From positions 310,001 through 374,000 of the forward strand of contig PPNB01000004.1 of assembly GCA_003707115.1 (NCBI GenBank): a DNA stretch of 64,000 bases, given 5' to 3'. Positions 51,401 to 61,929 of the stretch are shown piece by piece. Every line of letters starts with the position of its first letter. The first letter of the stretch is position 1. A program made the position numbers and the translations under genes. The DNA is from Tortispora ganteri. Its lineage: Eukaryota. Below the pieces are notes generated by a model that saw only the letters and a program-made list of their open reading frames with translations, had not been told where the DNA came from and did no database searches.

Positions 51401-54400
51401 ATCTGACCATCAGTCTGGACAGTTACACGTCCACGCAAATCGTTAAGAACCAAGGTTTGATGAGTCTCAGCAAGACCCAGTTCCCAAGGCAGGCCAGCGT
51501 ATTTGATACCAGTCCAGCGAGAAGCACCAGTGCCACCATCGTGACCAGAAATCAAAATGTGATCGGCCTTAGCTTTAGCAACACCAGACGCAACGATACC
51601 AACACCAACTTCAGACACAAGCTTAACAGAGACGCGAGCGCGGGGATTGGCACATTTCAAGTCGTAGATAAGCTGTTTTAAATCTTCAATAGAATAAATA
51701 TCATGATGAGGTGGAGGAGAGATCAGACCGACACCAGGAGTAGAGTGACGAGTTTTAGCAATTTGGTCAGTAACCTTGTAACCGGGGAGTTCACCACCTT
51801 CACCAGGTTTGGCTCCTTGTGCCATTTTAATCTGAAGCTCGTCAGAATCAGCAAGATAATAGGAAGTAACACCAAACCTACCAGATGCGACTTGTTTAAT
51901 GGCAGAGCGCATGGTGTCACCGTTAGCCATTCTCAAAGACCTTTCCGGATCTTCACCACCTTCACCCGTGTTACTCTTTCCTCCAAGCCTGTTCATAGCA
52001 ATAGCAAGGGTAGAGTGAGATTCCATGGAAATAGAACCATAAGACATTGCACCGGTGACAAAGCGACGAACAATTTCAGTCCAAGGTTCAACTTGTTCAA
52101 CAGGGACAGGAGTACAACTGTCAAAATCAAAATCCAGCAAACCACGGAGTGTACAGTTCTTAATGGCCTCATACTCAGCCTTGCTGTACGTTTCCCATGC
52201 CTTGTCATTCTTGTTGCGAACAGCATCCTGCATATTGGCAACAGCTACTGGAGTATTGACATGAGCTTCGCCACCATCACGGTAATGATACTCACCAGAT
52301 TCAGGAAGACCAAGAGGCTTTACAATTTGACGATTGGGCCAACCGCGTTCATGGAGAGAGAATGCATCCTGCGCAATATAGTCAAATGTGATACCTTTTA
52401 TTCTAGAAGCAGTGCCAGCAAAGCAACGGTCAACCACGGTGTTATCAATACCCAAAATCTCAAATATTTGAGCGCCCTTGTAAGAAGCTAAAGTGGAGAT
52501 ACCCATCTTAGACATAACTTTCAATATACCACCATCAACGGCGTGTCTGTAGTTATCAATAACTTGATGATCGGAAAGAGGTTCAGTATTTTTAGGAGCA
52601 ATGAGGTTCTCGCGGTTCATTTTGAGTAGCAGCTCCAAGCCGAGATAAGGGCATACAGCATCAGCACCATATCCCACAAGAACACAAAGGTGGTGGACCT
52701 CTCTCGCCTCACCGGTGTCGACTACCAAAGCAACTTGAGAACGCTGTTTGTTGCGGACCAAGTGATGGTGAACAGCACCAACAGCAATCAAAGCAGAAAC
52801 AGGTACGCGCGAAGGACCAGTGTTTCGGTCAGAAATAATGATAATCTTGCAGGAATCATCTATGGCTTTCATAGCTTCAGCACAAATGCGATCAAGAGCA
52901 GCAGTGTATCCGTTAAGCCCTTCTTCTTTATTGAAGGTAATATCAATGGTGCAAACTTTCCAGCTAGGATATACTTTGCTCATATTACTGATAGCTTTGA
53001 ACTCCTCTAAGGTAAGAAGAGGAGATTTCACGAGCAGACGGTTGCATTGCTTAGGAGACATTTCAAGAACATTACCTTGTGGGCCCACATAACATTCCAA
53101 CGACATGACAACTGACTCACGAATAGGGTCAATAGGAGGGTTGGTAACCTGAGCAAAGAGCTGACGGAAGTATTCATAAAGAAGGCGAGGTTGAGGAGCC
53201 AAACAAGCAAGAGGGCCGTCGTTACCCATGGAGCCGAGAGCTTCCTTTCCTTCAGCGGCCATAGGGGCCAAAAGAAGGGATATTTGTTCAAATGTATAAC
53301 CGAATGCAAGGAGACGGGGGTCGCGCTGAACTGTTGTGTCATCCAATTGATAAGTTTCAAGGGAACATTCTATACCAGCATTGGCAGCAAGACGATCCAA
53401 AACATTAGGAAGGGTGATGATGTTACCGGAAGTCCAAGAACGGAAGTCAAAGCGATTAGCAACTTTTCCCTTCAGTTCGCGATCGTCGACTATGCGTCCT
53501 TCCTTAGTATCAACCAAAAGCATACGACCAGGTTTAAGGCGGCCTTTCTGGACGACAATAGTAGGATCAATATTGATAACACCAACTTCAGAAGCACAAA
53601 TCATTCTATCATCAGAAGTAACGTAGAAACGGCAAGGACGCAGACCGTTACGGTCGAGATTGGCACCACAGTATCGGCCATCGGCGAAAGTGAACAAAGC
53701 AGGACCATCCCATGGCTCCATGAGACAGGCAGCCCACTCGTAAAACGCCTTTTTGTTAGGCTCCATGAGATTGTTGTCTTGCCATGCTTCAGGAACCATT
53801 AACATAACAGCTTCAGGGAGAGACAATACGCCGTTGATAGTGAGTAATTCAAGAACGTTATCAAAAGCAGCAGAGTCAGAGCCGCCTTCTTCAATGATAG
53901 GGTAGAGAGAGTCCAGATCTTCGCCAAACAAAGAGGATTGCATAACACCTTCACGGGCACGCATCCAATTCTTGTTACCACGAAGGGTGTTAATTTCACC
54001 ATTGTGGGCAGCCCAGCGAAGAGGTTGCGCGCGATCCCAAGAGGGGAAAGTGTTAGTGGAGAAACGAGAATGCACAAGAGCAAAATGAACTTCGAAATCA
54101 ACATTTACTAGATCATAATAATAGTTATAAACTTGAACGGGAGCCAGTTGACCTTTGTAGACAATGTTGCGGTTGCTGAGGGAGCAAATGTAAAACCAGT
54201 TATGGAGACCAATAGTATGTGTAGCAATTTTTCGAAGAACATAGAGTTCAATTTCAAATTTCTTTTCATCAAAAGTTTCGTTATCATAGACAACGAGAGG
54301 TTGAAGAATAGCAGGTTCGCGAGAGAGAGCAGCGGGTCCAAGGATGGAGGAGTCACGAGGCACTTTGCGCCAGCCCAATACTTTCAAACCGCGGGAGTTA

Positions 54401-54837
54401 GCAAGACGTTCAAAAGTAGCGATGCTATCCTGAAGCACTTGTTCATCAGGTTTAAAAAAGAGGTTACCAACGGCATACTGGCCGAGAGGAGGTACAGATA
54501 TTCCGCACTCACGAGCAAATTCCTTTTCGATAAATTTATGAGGGATAGCGGACATGACACCAGCGCCATCACCATCTCTAGCATCTGAACCCACAGCGCC
54601 ACGATGGGTCATGTTGCAGAGGAGGTTTTTAGCATCCGAGATCAATTTATGGGAGGCCTGACCTTTAATATTACAGACGAAACCTACACCGCAAGCATCC
54701 TTCTCATACTCTGGATCATACAGACCCTGTTTGAGAGGGAGAGCTGATGCCCAAGACTGATTCTCAGGGGTTTCCTGATAGTCGAATACCTGGCGACTAT
54801 GATCTTCGTTTTCAGAGTCATAATCCATTTCAGTCAT
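48493..54837 (-). CDS. GLT1: NADH-dependent glutamate synthase (GOGAT)
   Basis: Ntn Cys (DA-CGVGF), HSRFSTNT, GAMSYGSIS, KMAQGAKPGEGG, CIMMRKCHLGTCP and a fused beta subunit (RCMDCGVPFC, GSGPSG, GGGDTG). The first ATG is at 54837. Confidence 0.98.
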   Translation of the reverse strand: MTEMDYDSENEDHSRQVFDYQETPENQSWASALPLKQGLYDPEYEKDACGVGFVCNIKGQASHKLISDAKNLLCNMTHRGAVGSDARDGDGAGVMSAIPHKFIEKEFARECGISVPPLGQYAVGNLFFKPDEQVLQDSIATFERLANSRGLKVLGWRKVPRDSSILGPAALSREPAILQPLVVYDNETFDEKKFEIELYVLRKIATHTIGLHNWFYICSLSNRNIVYKGQLAPVQVYNYYYDLVNVDFEVHFALVHSRFSTNTFPSWDRAQPLRWAAHNGEINTLRGNKNWMRAREGVMQSSLFGEDLDSLYPIIEEGGSDSAAFDNVLELLTINGVLSLPEAVMLMVPEAWQDNNLMEPNKKAFYEWAACLMEPWDGPALFTFADGRYCGANLDRNGLRPCRFYVTSDDRMICASEVGVINIDPTIVVQKGRLKPGRMLLVDTKEGRIVDDRELKGKVANRFDFRSWTSGNIITLPNVLDRLAANAGIECSLETYQLDDTTVQRDPRLLAFGYTFEQISLLLAPMAAEGKEALGSMGNDGPLACLAPQPRLLYEYFRQLFAQVTNPPIDPIRESVVMSLECYVGPQGNVLEMSPKQCNRLLVKSPLLTLEEFKAISNMSKVYPSWKVCTIDITFNKEEGLNGYTAALDRICAEAMKAIDDSCKIIIISDRNTGPSRVPVSALIAVGAVHHHLVRNKQRSQVALVVDTGEAREVHHLCVLVGYGADAVCPYLGLELLLKMNRENLIAPKNTEPLSDHQVIDNYRHAVDGGILKVMSKMGISTLASYKGAQIFEILGIDNTVVDRCFAGTASRIKGITFDYIAQDAFSLHERGWPNRQIVKPLGLPESGEYHYRDGGEAHVNTPVAVANMQDAVRNKNDKAWETYSKAEYEAIKNCTLRGLLDFDFDSCTPVPVEQVEPWTEIVRRFVTGAMSYGSISMESHSTLAIAMNRLGGKSNTGEGGEDPERSLRMANGDTMRSAIKQVASGRFGVTSYYLADSDELQIKMAQGAKPGEGGELPGYKVTDQIAKTRHSTPGVGLISPPPHHDIYSIEDLKQLIYDLKCANPRARVSVKLVSEVGVGIVASGVAKAKADHILISGHDGGTGASRWTGIKYAGLPWELGLAETHQTLVLNDLRGRVTVQTDGQIRTGRDIAIACLLGAEEWGFATSPLIAMGCIMMRKCHLGTCPVGIATQDPYLRKKFAGTPEHVINFFYYLANELREIMAKLGFRTINEMVGHAEKLRVREDLRNTKTANIDLTPILTPAHTLRPGVATHRVRKQDHRLHVRLDNKLIDESEITLDKGLPVQIDADIVNTDRALGTTLSYRVSKRFGEDGLPNDTIHVNIYGSAGQSFGAFLAPGITLELEGDANDYVGKSLSGGRIIIYPHKNSSFKPEENIIIGNVCLYGAIKGTCFFRGVAAERFAVRNSGATAVVEGVGDHGCEYMTGGRVVVLGATGRNFAAGMSGGIAYVLDMAQDFHTKVNVEMVELGPVTDPKEIAFLRGLIEDHRHYTESELADRILQDFNHVLPRFVRVMPTDYKKVLEAEEAKKAAAKRTLPENLRSQFQKAEEEAKKLAEKKASEEEDTEVEPKVQDLEDAIVDTAAEEKKVVLLDKTKGFMKYARRSEKYRAVKSRTRDWQELSSRVTDEDLKYQTARCMDCGVPFCQSDTGCPISNIIPKWNELIFKDRWQDALNRLLMTNNFPEFTGRVCPAPCEGACVLGIIEDPVGIKSVECAIIDRGFEMGWIVPRPPPQRTGKTIAIVGSGPSGLACADQLNRSGHKVTVYERADRFGGLLMYGIPNMKLDKRVVQRRIDLLAAEGIEFVANTTIGEDITVEQLRSDHSAVVLAAGSTIPRDLPIPGRSLNNVMFAMQLLTANTQALLADNLEPIAEMIRGKDVVVIGGGDTGNDCIGTSVRHGAKSVVNFELLPHPPSDRASDNPWPQWPRIFRVDYGHTEVQAHYGKDPREYCILSKEFVDDGEGNVKGIKTVRVEWKRTTSGGWQMSEVPGSEEFFPADLVLLSMGFVGPDAQKLEVDRDGRGNIKTKGAAPGHVNYHVDDNLFACGDCRRGQSLIVWGIQEGRQCARNVDLFLEHNTDLPADGGIVKRSYDMLEAKA

Positions 54838-57032
54838 TTTTGTTCTTTCTCTTTTTTTTGTTCTTTCTCTTTGTATTGTTCCAGTGATTTTCTTATCTTC
54901 AGCTGCGGAGATAAAGCGTGAACGTGGCGGAGACAATTGTTCAGTCTGCGAGCGCTCAAGAATGGAAACAAGGAGAGCAAAAGAGGACGTCGGAGATTTT
55001 TTTTTTTTAGCTGCTGCTTTTTTGACCGGTCGCCTTTGTCTCTATAAGCAAGAGAAAAGATCGATCGACTTCTAGGTAATTAAAACGAGGTTCTGGGGAG
55101 CTTAGTGAATCTATAAGAAGGAGGTCAGATTCAGCAGGAGCTCAAGGGAAAATCGGTCTTGAGATGCAAAAGCTAGAAGTAGAAAGCAAATAGCAGACGA
55201 AACAAATAATGTAAAAGGACGTAGAAGAGAAAAAAAAAAATGAGAGTGGAGGGGAAGGTAAGTGTTTATAAGGTTTTTATAAAGTTTGCAGGTGATTGGA
55301 CGCACGGGCGAGGGCCTTTAAGCTGGTTCGGAAATGTTAGCGAGATGGGACGGGGTGAAGAAAATAATAATAATGTAAGTGGGCCTGGCGAATAACCCCA
55401 CTTACAGCCCACCTCTGTGGATATTTAGCCAATTATAACACATAGTTTACCGATCGCACTGTTAATTTATGCTTTTTACTCTTTTTTTTTACTGATTTAT
55501 GAGTGTCTCTCTACGACTTATGACTGATTCGTTTCGCCGTATCAGTACATTGTGATTGGCTAAATTAAACTAACTTGAAATCTGGCAATGACCAATAAAA
55601 ATATTAGAAAATGCTAAACAACAATCTATAAACCTTGCAATTGGACAATATTTGCTTATTAAGTTCCGGATAAAACCGAGACCTTTGAAAATTACTTGAC
55701 TTTTATCCTTTTAGTACTCTCGGGCGTCGGCCTTATGGATGTACTCAGTGCGATCTATCGATCCAATCTCTCCGTGTTATTCCGAGACCTTGGCTAATGT
55801 TTTCCAGTCAGCGTAATTCTTTAATTTTGATTTGGCATTTAGCTAACATGCAAACTGGATTCTTCTAACATTTTTTTCTAAGTTAGTGTATTTGCACATA
55901 ATCTGGAACATTGACAGTTTATCACTGTAGCCCAAAATCGAATGTTCGCTAGTTCGTATTATTATTGATCGCTCTTTTAGCCGAAGCGTGATTTCTGGCT
56001 ACCCCTTGTAGAAGTCTGTGATATTTTTTTTTTTTTTTTAAGGAATACCTCGTGCGATAAGAAACTCTAATAGACTGAAGTTCATTTCGAACAATTTGCC
56101 ATATTCTGCTCGGTAGTTTGCAGATCTAGTGTCTTTTTAACTCGTATACGTGAACACGCACATATAATTGTGGTACATTCCATCGCTAACTACTCTATTT
56201 GTGCTTTATTCATGACCATGTAGAAGACGGGTGCTAAAATATAGCTATGATAGTAATGGTGATTCTGGGCATACGTAATGCATATTATAAACTCTAATAA
56301 TTACTATCTTTTAAACAGTATACCCAAGCAACTACACCCTACATTCTCTACAGACTAAATGCTATTGAGATACCAAACCTTTCTCTTTTTAAAATTCTGT
56401 TGTCGACACATTTACGATTTTATTTTAGAAGTTTCCTAGTTTATTTATTTCACTTTCGTAGCTGTCGTTATTGCCCTTAAGTTGATTCCACCTTTGTTTG
56501 TGACGTATAACTTTACTCTCATTAAGGTTGCATTCTGTTTCTAAATTGATTGCCATTCGACCATCACGACAATCTCAACATGCAATGATTTGTAGCGCTT
56601 TTCCTGCCGATATGTAGCACTGTATAATTTAATAAGTACACAGTTAAAAAAAATATTGTAACTATTTAGCTATTCTGCTTTTTCGTCCTATCTTTTCCAA
56701 GTTCTTAATAACTCTAGCATACCTCTTCCCAATAACAGAACGCCCGGATACTTTCTTGCCTTTTACCTTTCCGGCACTTAGTCATTGCAAAACATATCTT
56801 TTGCATGTATTAACAAACGTAACGCTCCCCTTCTAGTATAGTTGAGTTGTTATCGTCCTTTAAATATACGTTTTTACACACAGCAAAACATTATCCATTA
56901 ATCATACACGCTGCACCTCTAATCCATTAGTGCACTCGCTTGTATTTGTGTCGTACGACCCCCCCTCCCCCCTACTAAGCTCGTATCCGACTTATCCTAT
57001 TCTTTCTCTTTTGTGGGAAGAAACCTATACCA

Positions 57033-58433
57033 ATGGAAATTATAAACGCCTCGTCGCTTCTCATGTGGAAGAAAGTATCGAAATATCGCAGATTAATCTT
57101 CCTTATTGCATTCTCCCTATTAATTGTCAGACTCTTTAAGGAACACGTCCTACCGGTCATTTCAAACCCGGATCTGTTTTTGGAAGTGCCGGTCCGATAC
57201 GGTCGAAATTTCAAAAAAGAATATAACTACCTTCCTACCTTATTTGTTCCGCCTATTCCTAACTTGATCTATGTCGAAGACCAAGGGGATATCGAACATG
57301 ATAAATCTGCTCTCAACTACAACCTCCCGCCTTCATTGCTTAAATACCACGAATACCTCGCCGATTACAAAATTAGTTCTATGGAGAAAATTTCTCCATC
57401 ATCTTCAACACACCGCATAGCTAATCCTTTAGAGTACCTGGTAAAAGATGAAAATGAGTCGCAAGAATTGATGCAAGTCGTTGAGGACAGGCTTGAGGTC
57501 AATTCCCTTGTTCCTAAAGATTTCCAGTTTATGGATCAATTAGTAGATCAGAAATTCCCTAAATACTTTCGAGAACTTACTCTCAAATTTGACAAACAAC
57601 ATCAGGGCAGACATTATGATGCTAGATTTTTCACTGCCTTGCTGTCATATGCCGAGAGACGCCGCGAAATGAAAAGAATCCTACGCGCATGGCTCGCTTT
57701 TTGTGAACATGAGAATATTGTAACTTGGTTGGCTCATGGAACGTTATTATCTTGGTACTGGAATGCCGAAATGTTTCCATGGGATTGTGACGCAGATGTA
57801 CAAGTCCCTATTTCACAGTTGATTAGATTCGCGAACGACTACAATGCTACCATTGTAGAGTACAAAGAAGGCCAGATCGTCTCAAAATATCTCATAGATG
57901 TGAACCCTTTCCATGTCGAAAGAGTACACGGAAATGGTAACAATGTCATAGATATGCGATTCATCGACCTTGATACTGGTCTGTTCATTGATGTAACTGG
58001 CTTGGCAGTTACCCGAGATACTTCAAAAAGAACTTTAGCTGGACGCAAGCATGCTACTGTGCAATGCAAGGATGACCATCGTTACAAGTTTTCTGAAATA
58101 TTTCCGCTTCACAAAACGATATACGAAGGCGTTAAGGCGTATGTACCATACAACTTTGAGAAAATGCTCGTACAGGAGTACAGTATTGCAGCACTGTGTA
58201 ATCCACAATATTTTTATCACACATTCGACCGAAATTTGCTAGCATGGATTCCTACCAAACGAGATTGGTCACCTGATTATCCAGCTGTATACAAATCCAA
58301 AGCATTGTTCGCTGAGCAACATATACTTCTGCGGTATGCTATGCAGCAATACGTTTCACGCAACCCTAATGGGCCCCCGCAGAAAGTAATAAAACGCTTG
58401 CAAAATGCTCCTTCACAGTTTAATCACGATTAA
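57033..58433 (+). CDS. LicD-family type II membrane protein, Mnn4/Mnn14-like (mannosylphosphorylation)
   Basis: N-terminal anchor, HYDARFF, WLAHGTLLSWYWN...PWDCDADVQ and IDMRFIDLDTGLFIDVTGL. Confidence 0.85.
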   Translation: MEIINASSLLMWKKVSKYRRLIFLIAFSLLIVRLFKEHVLPVISNPDLFLEVPVRYGRNFKKEYNYLPTLFVPPIPNLIYVEDQGDIEHDKSALNYNLPPSLLKYHEYLADYKISSMEKISPSSSTHRIANPLEYLVKDENESQELMQVVEDRLEVNSLVPKDFQFMDQLVDQKFPKYFRELTLKFDKQHQGRHYDARFFTALLSYAERRREMKRILRAWLAFCEHENIVTWLAHGTLLSWYWNAEMFPWDCDADVQVPISQLIRFANDYNATIVEYKEGQIVSKYLIDVNPFHVERVHGNGNNVIDMRFIDLDTGLFIDVTGLAVTRDTSKRTLAGRKHATVQCKDDHRYKFSEIFPLHKTIYEGVKAYVPYNFEKMLVQEYSIAALCNPQYFYHTFDRNLLAWIPTKRDWSPDYPAVYKSKALFAEQHILLRYAMQQYVSRNPNGPPQKVIKRLQNAPSQFNHD

Positions 58434-58471
58434 CGACTTCTGCTCATATAATTGTACCATATTGTTTATAA

Positions 58472-59059
58472 TCACGTAGGCGCTGTATTGTCATGTTTTC
58501 GCAAAATCCAAGAGAGCAGCGAATCAGGATCATGAGGCAATTGTGAGTGCGTTCTCCGTAATGTGTCAACTATGTCTACTATATGCACTGATATTAAACC
58601 TCTTTCATCGAGCTTGAACTCGAAGGTGCCATTGAAATCGACATCAACTCCGTCGACCTGAAGATTCCATTTCACAAAGTAGCTGGTTTCCTTATCGTTC
58701 ATTACAGATCCAGCTACACATAAATATAAAGGACCATCGCCCATGTCAGGTAATAATGCTCGAAGAACAATAGGAAATACCCACCGGCCAATCATCCACG
58801 ATGTTACATATGCTGATCTGCCATTTACGACCGATGGCAACATATTGGGCAACACTTGTAGTTGCACCCTATTAGAAATACAATCACGCACCTCTTGAGG
58901 TATATCATCCTGCATCCAATAGGGTATATAGCTTTGCAATGCTCTGATAGTATGTCCGACTTGTACTTTCCTTGCTTGCGACTCTTTGCTCAGATCAAGA
59001 TTTGAGTATCTTCGCAATCCACGGACCACTGCAGGCCTAGATCGAACCAATCGGATCAT
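58472..59059 (-). CDS. Uncharacterised, probably mitochondrial protein (possibly DUF2358/NTF2-like)
   Basis: ATG-initiated 195-aa ORF with an Arg-rich presequence-like start (MIRLVRSRPAVVRGLRRYS). The segment FNGTFEFKLDERGLISVHIVD gives only a tentative family call. Confidence 0.6.
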   Translation of the reverse strand: MIRLVRSRPAVVRGLRRYSNLDLSKESQARKVQVGHTIRALQSYIPYWMQDDIPQEVRDCISNRVQLQVLPNMLPSVVNGRSAYVTSWMIGRWVFPIVLRALLPDMGDGPLYLCVAGSVMNDKETSYFVKWNLQVDGVDVDFNGTFEFKLDERGLISVHIVDIVDTLRRTHSQLPHDPDSLLSWILRKHDNTAPT

Positions 59060-59882
59060 GATCGGCCTTAATTATAAACTAAGAACGACAAAACAGCTAG
59101 AATTGACAATCTCTGTAAACTTACGACGTCGGTAAAGTGGCTTTTTTTATCCAAGTTTCTAACTTCGTCCTTACTTTCCTCCCTACTCCAAAATCTTTTT
59201 CCTTCCAACGAAGGCGGGCCACTTTTAACTTTATTTAGGTTATAAGGTTAATTAGATCTCTCGCCACTCTGTACTACCAAAAGATCTTCCTTCATTCTGT
59301 GCTGCCATAAGCGGCCAGAGTTCAAGCAAATATTAATGTGGTTTTATTCAGAGCTACAATATTTACGATGGTTAAAAATTTTGCATCTCTGTTATAATAC
59401 ACCGTTACTAACGGGAGAGCTATCATATATCTCCAACGACGTCAAGAACATTCTAGCCCACTTAAAGTTCCTGGATATTCTGAACTGGGAAGTAAAAGAG
59501 TTTATTAGCCAAATTAAACTTTAACCTTCAACTCGTCACGTAGCATGCTTCTTCAGTTTCTCTGCACCATCATCTTCCATATAGACATTTCAGATCCGAC
59601 CCTCGATAACTAAAACCAACAACAACTCATTAATATTTTTGTACTATATCGTTTAATAAATTTTTTACAGATGTACAGCGGGTGCTTTCTCATATTAGCT
59701 GGTCTCGATAAGTGGAGGTGCGGGATTAGTGCGCCCCTTCCTAAAACTCTATTGTAGGTTTAAGGTTAAGTTTATCTTTGGCTTAGACTTCACGACCTGA
59801 ATATAAATATGGCAGCAAAAACGTGTTTTCTTGCCACAGACTTAATACTTTCTGCAATATTTCTCTACACACTTCACAAGCA

Positions 59883-59990
59883 ATGATTAACACCGAAATT
59901 GTCTACTATGTTCAACAAGAATGCACCTGCGGCTCTGACTGCAAATGCGAAGGCTGCGCCAAAGGCAGCGCCTGCTCCTGCTCTAAGTAA
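59883..59990 (+). CDS. Cup1-like copper metallothionein, 35 aa
   Basis: MINTEIVYYVQQECTCGSDCKCEGCAKGSACSCSK has 7 Cys including three CxC pairs. It has a good start context (GCAATG) and TATAAA at 59802-59807. Confidence 0.85.
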   Translation: MINTEIVYYVQQECTCGSDCKCEGCAKGSACSCSK

Positions 59991-60306
59991 GGATCATATG
60001 GAATAGATTCTTCTGTGCTGTAACACATACATTCTAATGTTTCAACAGCACTGACTGAATCTGTTAGATCCTTTTATAGGAGAACTGTTATTTATTTGTA
60101 AATTGCTAGCAATATGCTTATTTCTACATTGTACTCCGGATCTCGTAGTTCACTAGGACCCTTGTATGCCTATAGATAAAGTGAGTTGATTCATTCTTTT
60201 TTGATCTGTTCAAATATCATGATATCCCATTTGAGAAAGTGTACGGCTGACTGAATCGAATAGCAACGGTAACAGTTACGATAATCGCAAACATCTTTCT
60301 GTTTGA

Positions 60307-60326
60307 ATCACGTGACATAGAGTCAT
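60307..60326. promoter_or_regulatory. Cbf1 site (TCACGTGA) with an adjacent Gcn4/Bas1-like GAGTCA upstream of MET14
   Basis: ATCACGTGAC at 60307-60316 and GAGTCAT at 60320-60326, about 100 nt before the ATG. This is typical of yeast MET promoters. Confidence 0.7.
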
Positions 60327-60414
60327 CTACGCTCGTTGGTGGTATATATAGCGATATTAATTGGAGGAACGGGGTTTATACACTCTATCGTTTATCGAGC
60401 ACCACATATCTATA

Positions 60415-61011
60415 ATGGCGACCAACATAACATGGCATTCAGGGTTGACACACGAAGAGCGAGTTTCACTACGTAAGCAAGTAGGCTTAACAGTGTGGTT
60501 CACTGGCCTTAGTGCATCAGGCAAGAGCACCATAGCGGTGGCTTTGGAGCAATATTTGCTTCAACAAGGCCTAGCCGCATACAGATTGGATGGCGATAAC
60601 ATTCGATTTGGACTGAACAAGGACCTTGCATTTGGACCGAAGGACCGAGAAGAAAATATCCGGCGTATTGGAGAAGTGGCAGCACTGTTTGCTGACTCTG
60701 CCACTATTGCGTTGACTGCGTTCATTTCTCCTTACAGAGAGGATCGAGATCGTGCTCGCGAATTGCACCGGGGAAAAGGGCTGCCATTCATAGAAGTTTT
60801 CGTAGACACGCCCCTAGAAGTGGCCGAGCAACGCGATCCTAAAGGTCTATACAAAAAGGCCAGGGCTGGTGAGATCAGCGAGTTCACTGGTATTAGTGCA
60901 CCATATGAGGCACCTAATGACCCAGAAATCAGACTCACTCACGAATTGACTGTAGAACAGTCTGCAGCCAAGGTGTATGAGTATCTGAAACAAAAAGGCT
61001 ATATAGCATAG
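60415..61011 (+). CDS. MET14: Adenylyl-sulfate kinase
   Basis: MATNITWH, P-loop [36 protein letters not shown] and [11 protein letters not shown]. Confidence 0.96.
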   Translation: MATNITWHSGLTHEERVSLRKQVGLTVWFTGLSASGKSTIAVALEQYLLQQGLAAYRLDGDNIRFGLNKDLAFGPKDREENIRRIGEVAALFADSATIALTAFISPYREDRDRARELHRGKGLPFIEVFVDTPLEVAEQRDPKGLYKKARAGEISEFTGISAPYEAPNDPEIRLTHELTVEQSAAKVYEYLKQKGYIA

Positions 61012-61056
61012 AAAACAATACAACAGAAAATATGAAACAAATAAAAAGTATGCATA

Positions 61057-61413
61057 TTACGTAGCATCGGACTCCCATGGTTTCTTCTTTGGCGACATAG
61101 AGCTCGAGGAAGCAGCTGCTTCCCCCAGTTCAATCGACGGTACATCTTTAATGCCAGGAACCGGTTTTCCGGATAATATAAGTTCAGCTATATCTTGGAA
61201 AGAGGCAGGATATTTGCCTGAATCGTTGGCATTCGTAGTGTTTTTCCAGTGTGTGTATCCCTCGACCGTTAGCGGTTCAGCTATTTTCTTCGAGTAATAG
61301 AATATCTTAGCTTGGGTAAGAGTATCAGGATCATCTGAATCGAGCAATCGTAATCCATTCTGAAATACTTCATCACTGTCAAAATCGTACTGTTCAAACG
61401 CCTGGTAGCTCAT
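61057..61413 (-). CDS. PEX39: Pex39 (Yjr012c/DUF5572)-like PTS2 import factor
   Basis: YDFDSDEVFQNGL, QAKIFYY, SFQDIAELILSGKPVPGIKDVP and C-terminal KPWE. The first ATG is at 61413. Confidence 0.75.
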   Translation of the reverse strand: MSYQAFEQYDFDSDEVFQNGLRLLDSDDPDTLTQAKIFYYSKKIAEPLTVEGYTHWKNTTNANDSGKYPASFQDIAELILSGKPVPGIKDVPSIELGEAAASSSSMSPKKKPWESDAT

Positions 61414-61929
61414 GATATTGTATGGTCGCAGGTGTAGTGGGGAAAGTTTACATTTCTTTATATTTAGTCGTAAACCGTCATGAGCCAAAACTACAGGCCT
61501 ACTCTAAAACTGCTACCGCTAATAGCGCCTTATCAGCCGCAAATACTCTGTAATAACCAATGCGCTATATATAAATCACAAATATTTACTTTCTATGTGA
61601 CTATATCGACACGTAGTATTGCCTTTCCTAATTAGGCAGGCCCCCCCTTCTCTCCATAATGTGCTGCCAAGATTAGAGTTGGTCTCCCTATGTACCGATA
61701 TATCCCGAACCGAGGCAGCCCACACCATCTCCCCGCGCTAATCGACCCTAATATATACCCTCAGGCAATCTTATCTCCTGGCATAATACTAATATATATT
61801 CACGGTCTAACTGAGACGCGTTCAATTGAGATTGTTTGATTACAAATTTTGCTCGATTCTCATTTCACTTCCTATTCATTAAATACCTACTAATCGCATT
61901 ACTACGCGCGATCAATCCTTTGATATATC

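Noticed and set aside
49315..54588. Long plus-strand ORFs (up to 297 aa) antisense to GLT1
   Set aside because: These are shadow ORFs expected from the codon bias of a highly expressed gene, with no recognisable domains.
54840..57030. 2.2-kb AT-rich intergenic region as a transposon remnant or centromere
   Set aside because: I saw no terminal repeats, coding remnants or CDE-like elements; it fits a long divergent promoter with poly(dA:dT) tracts.
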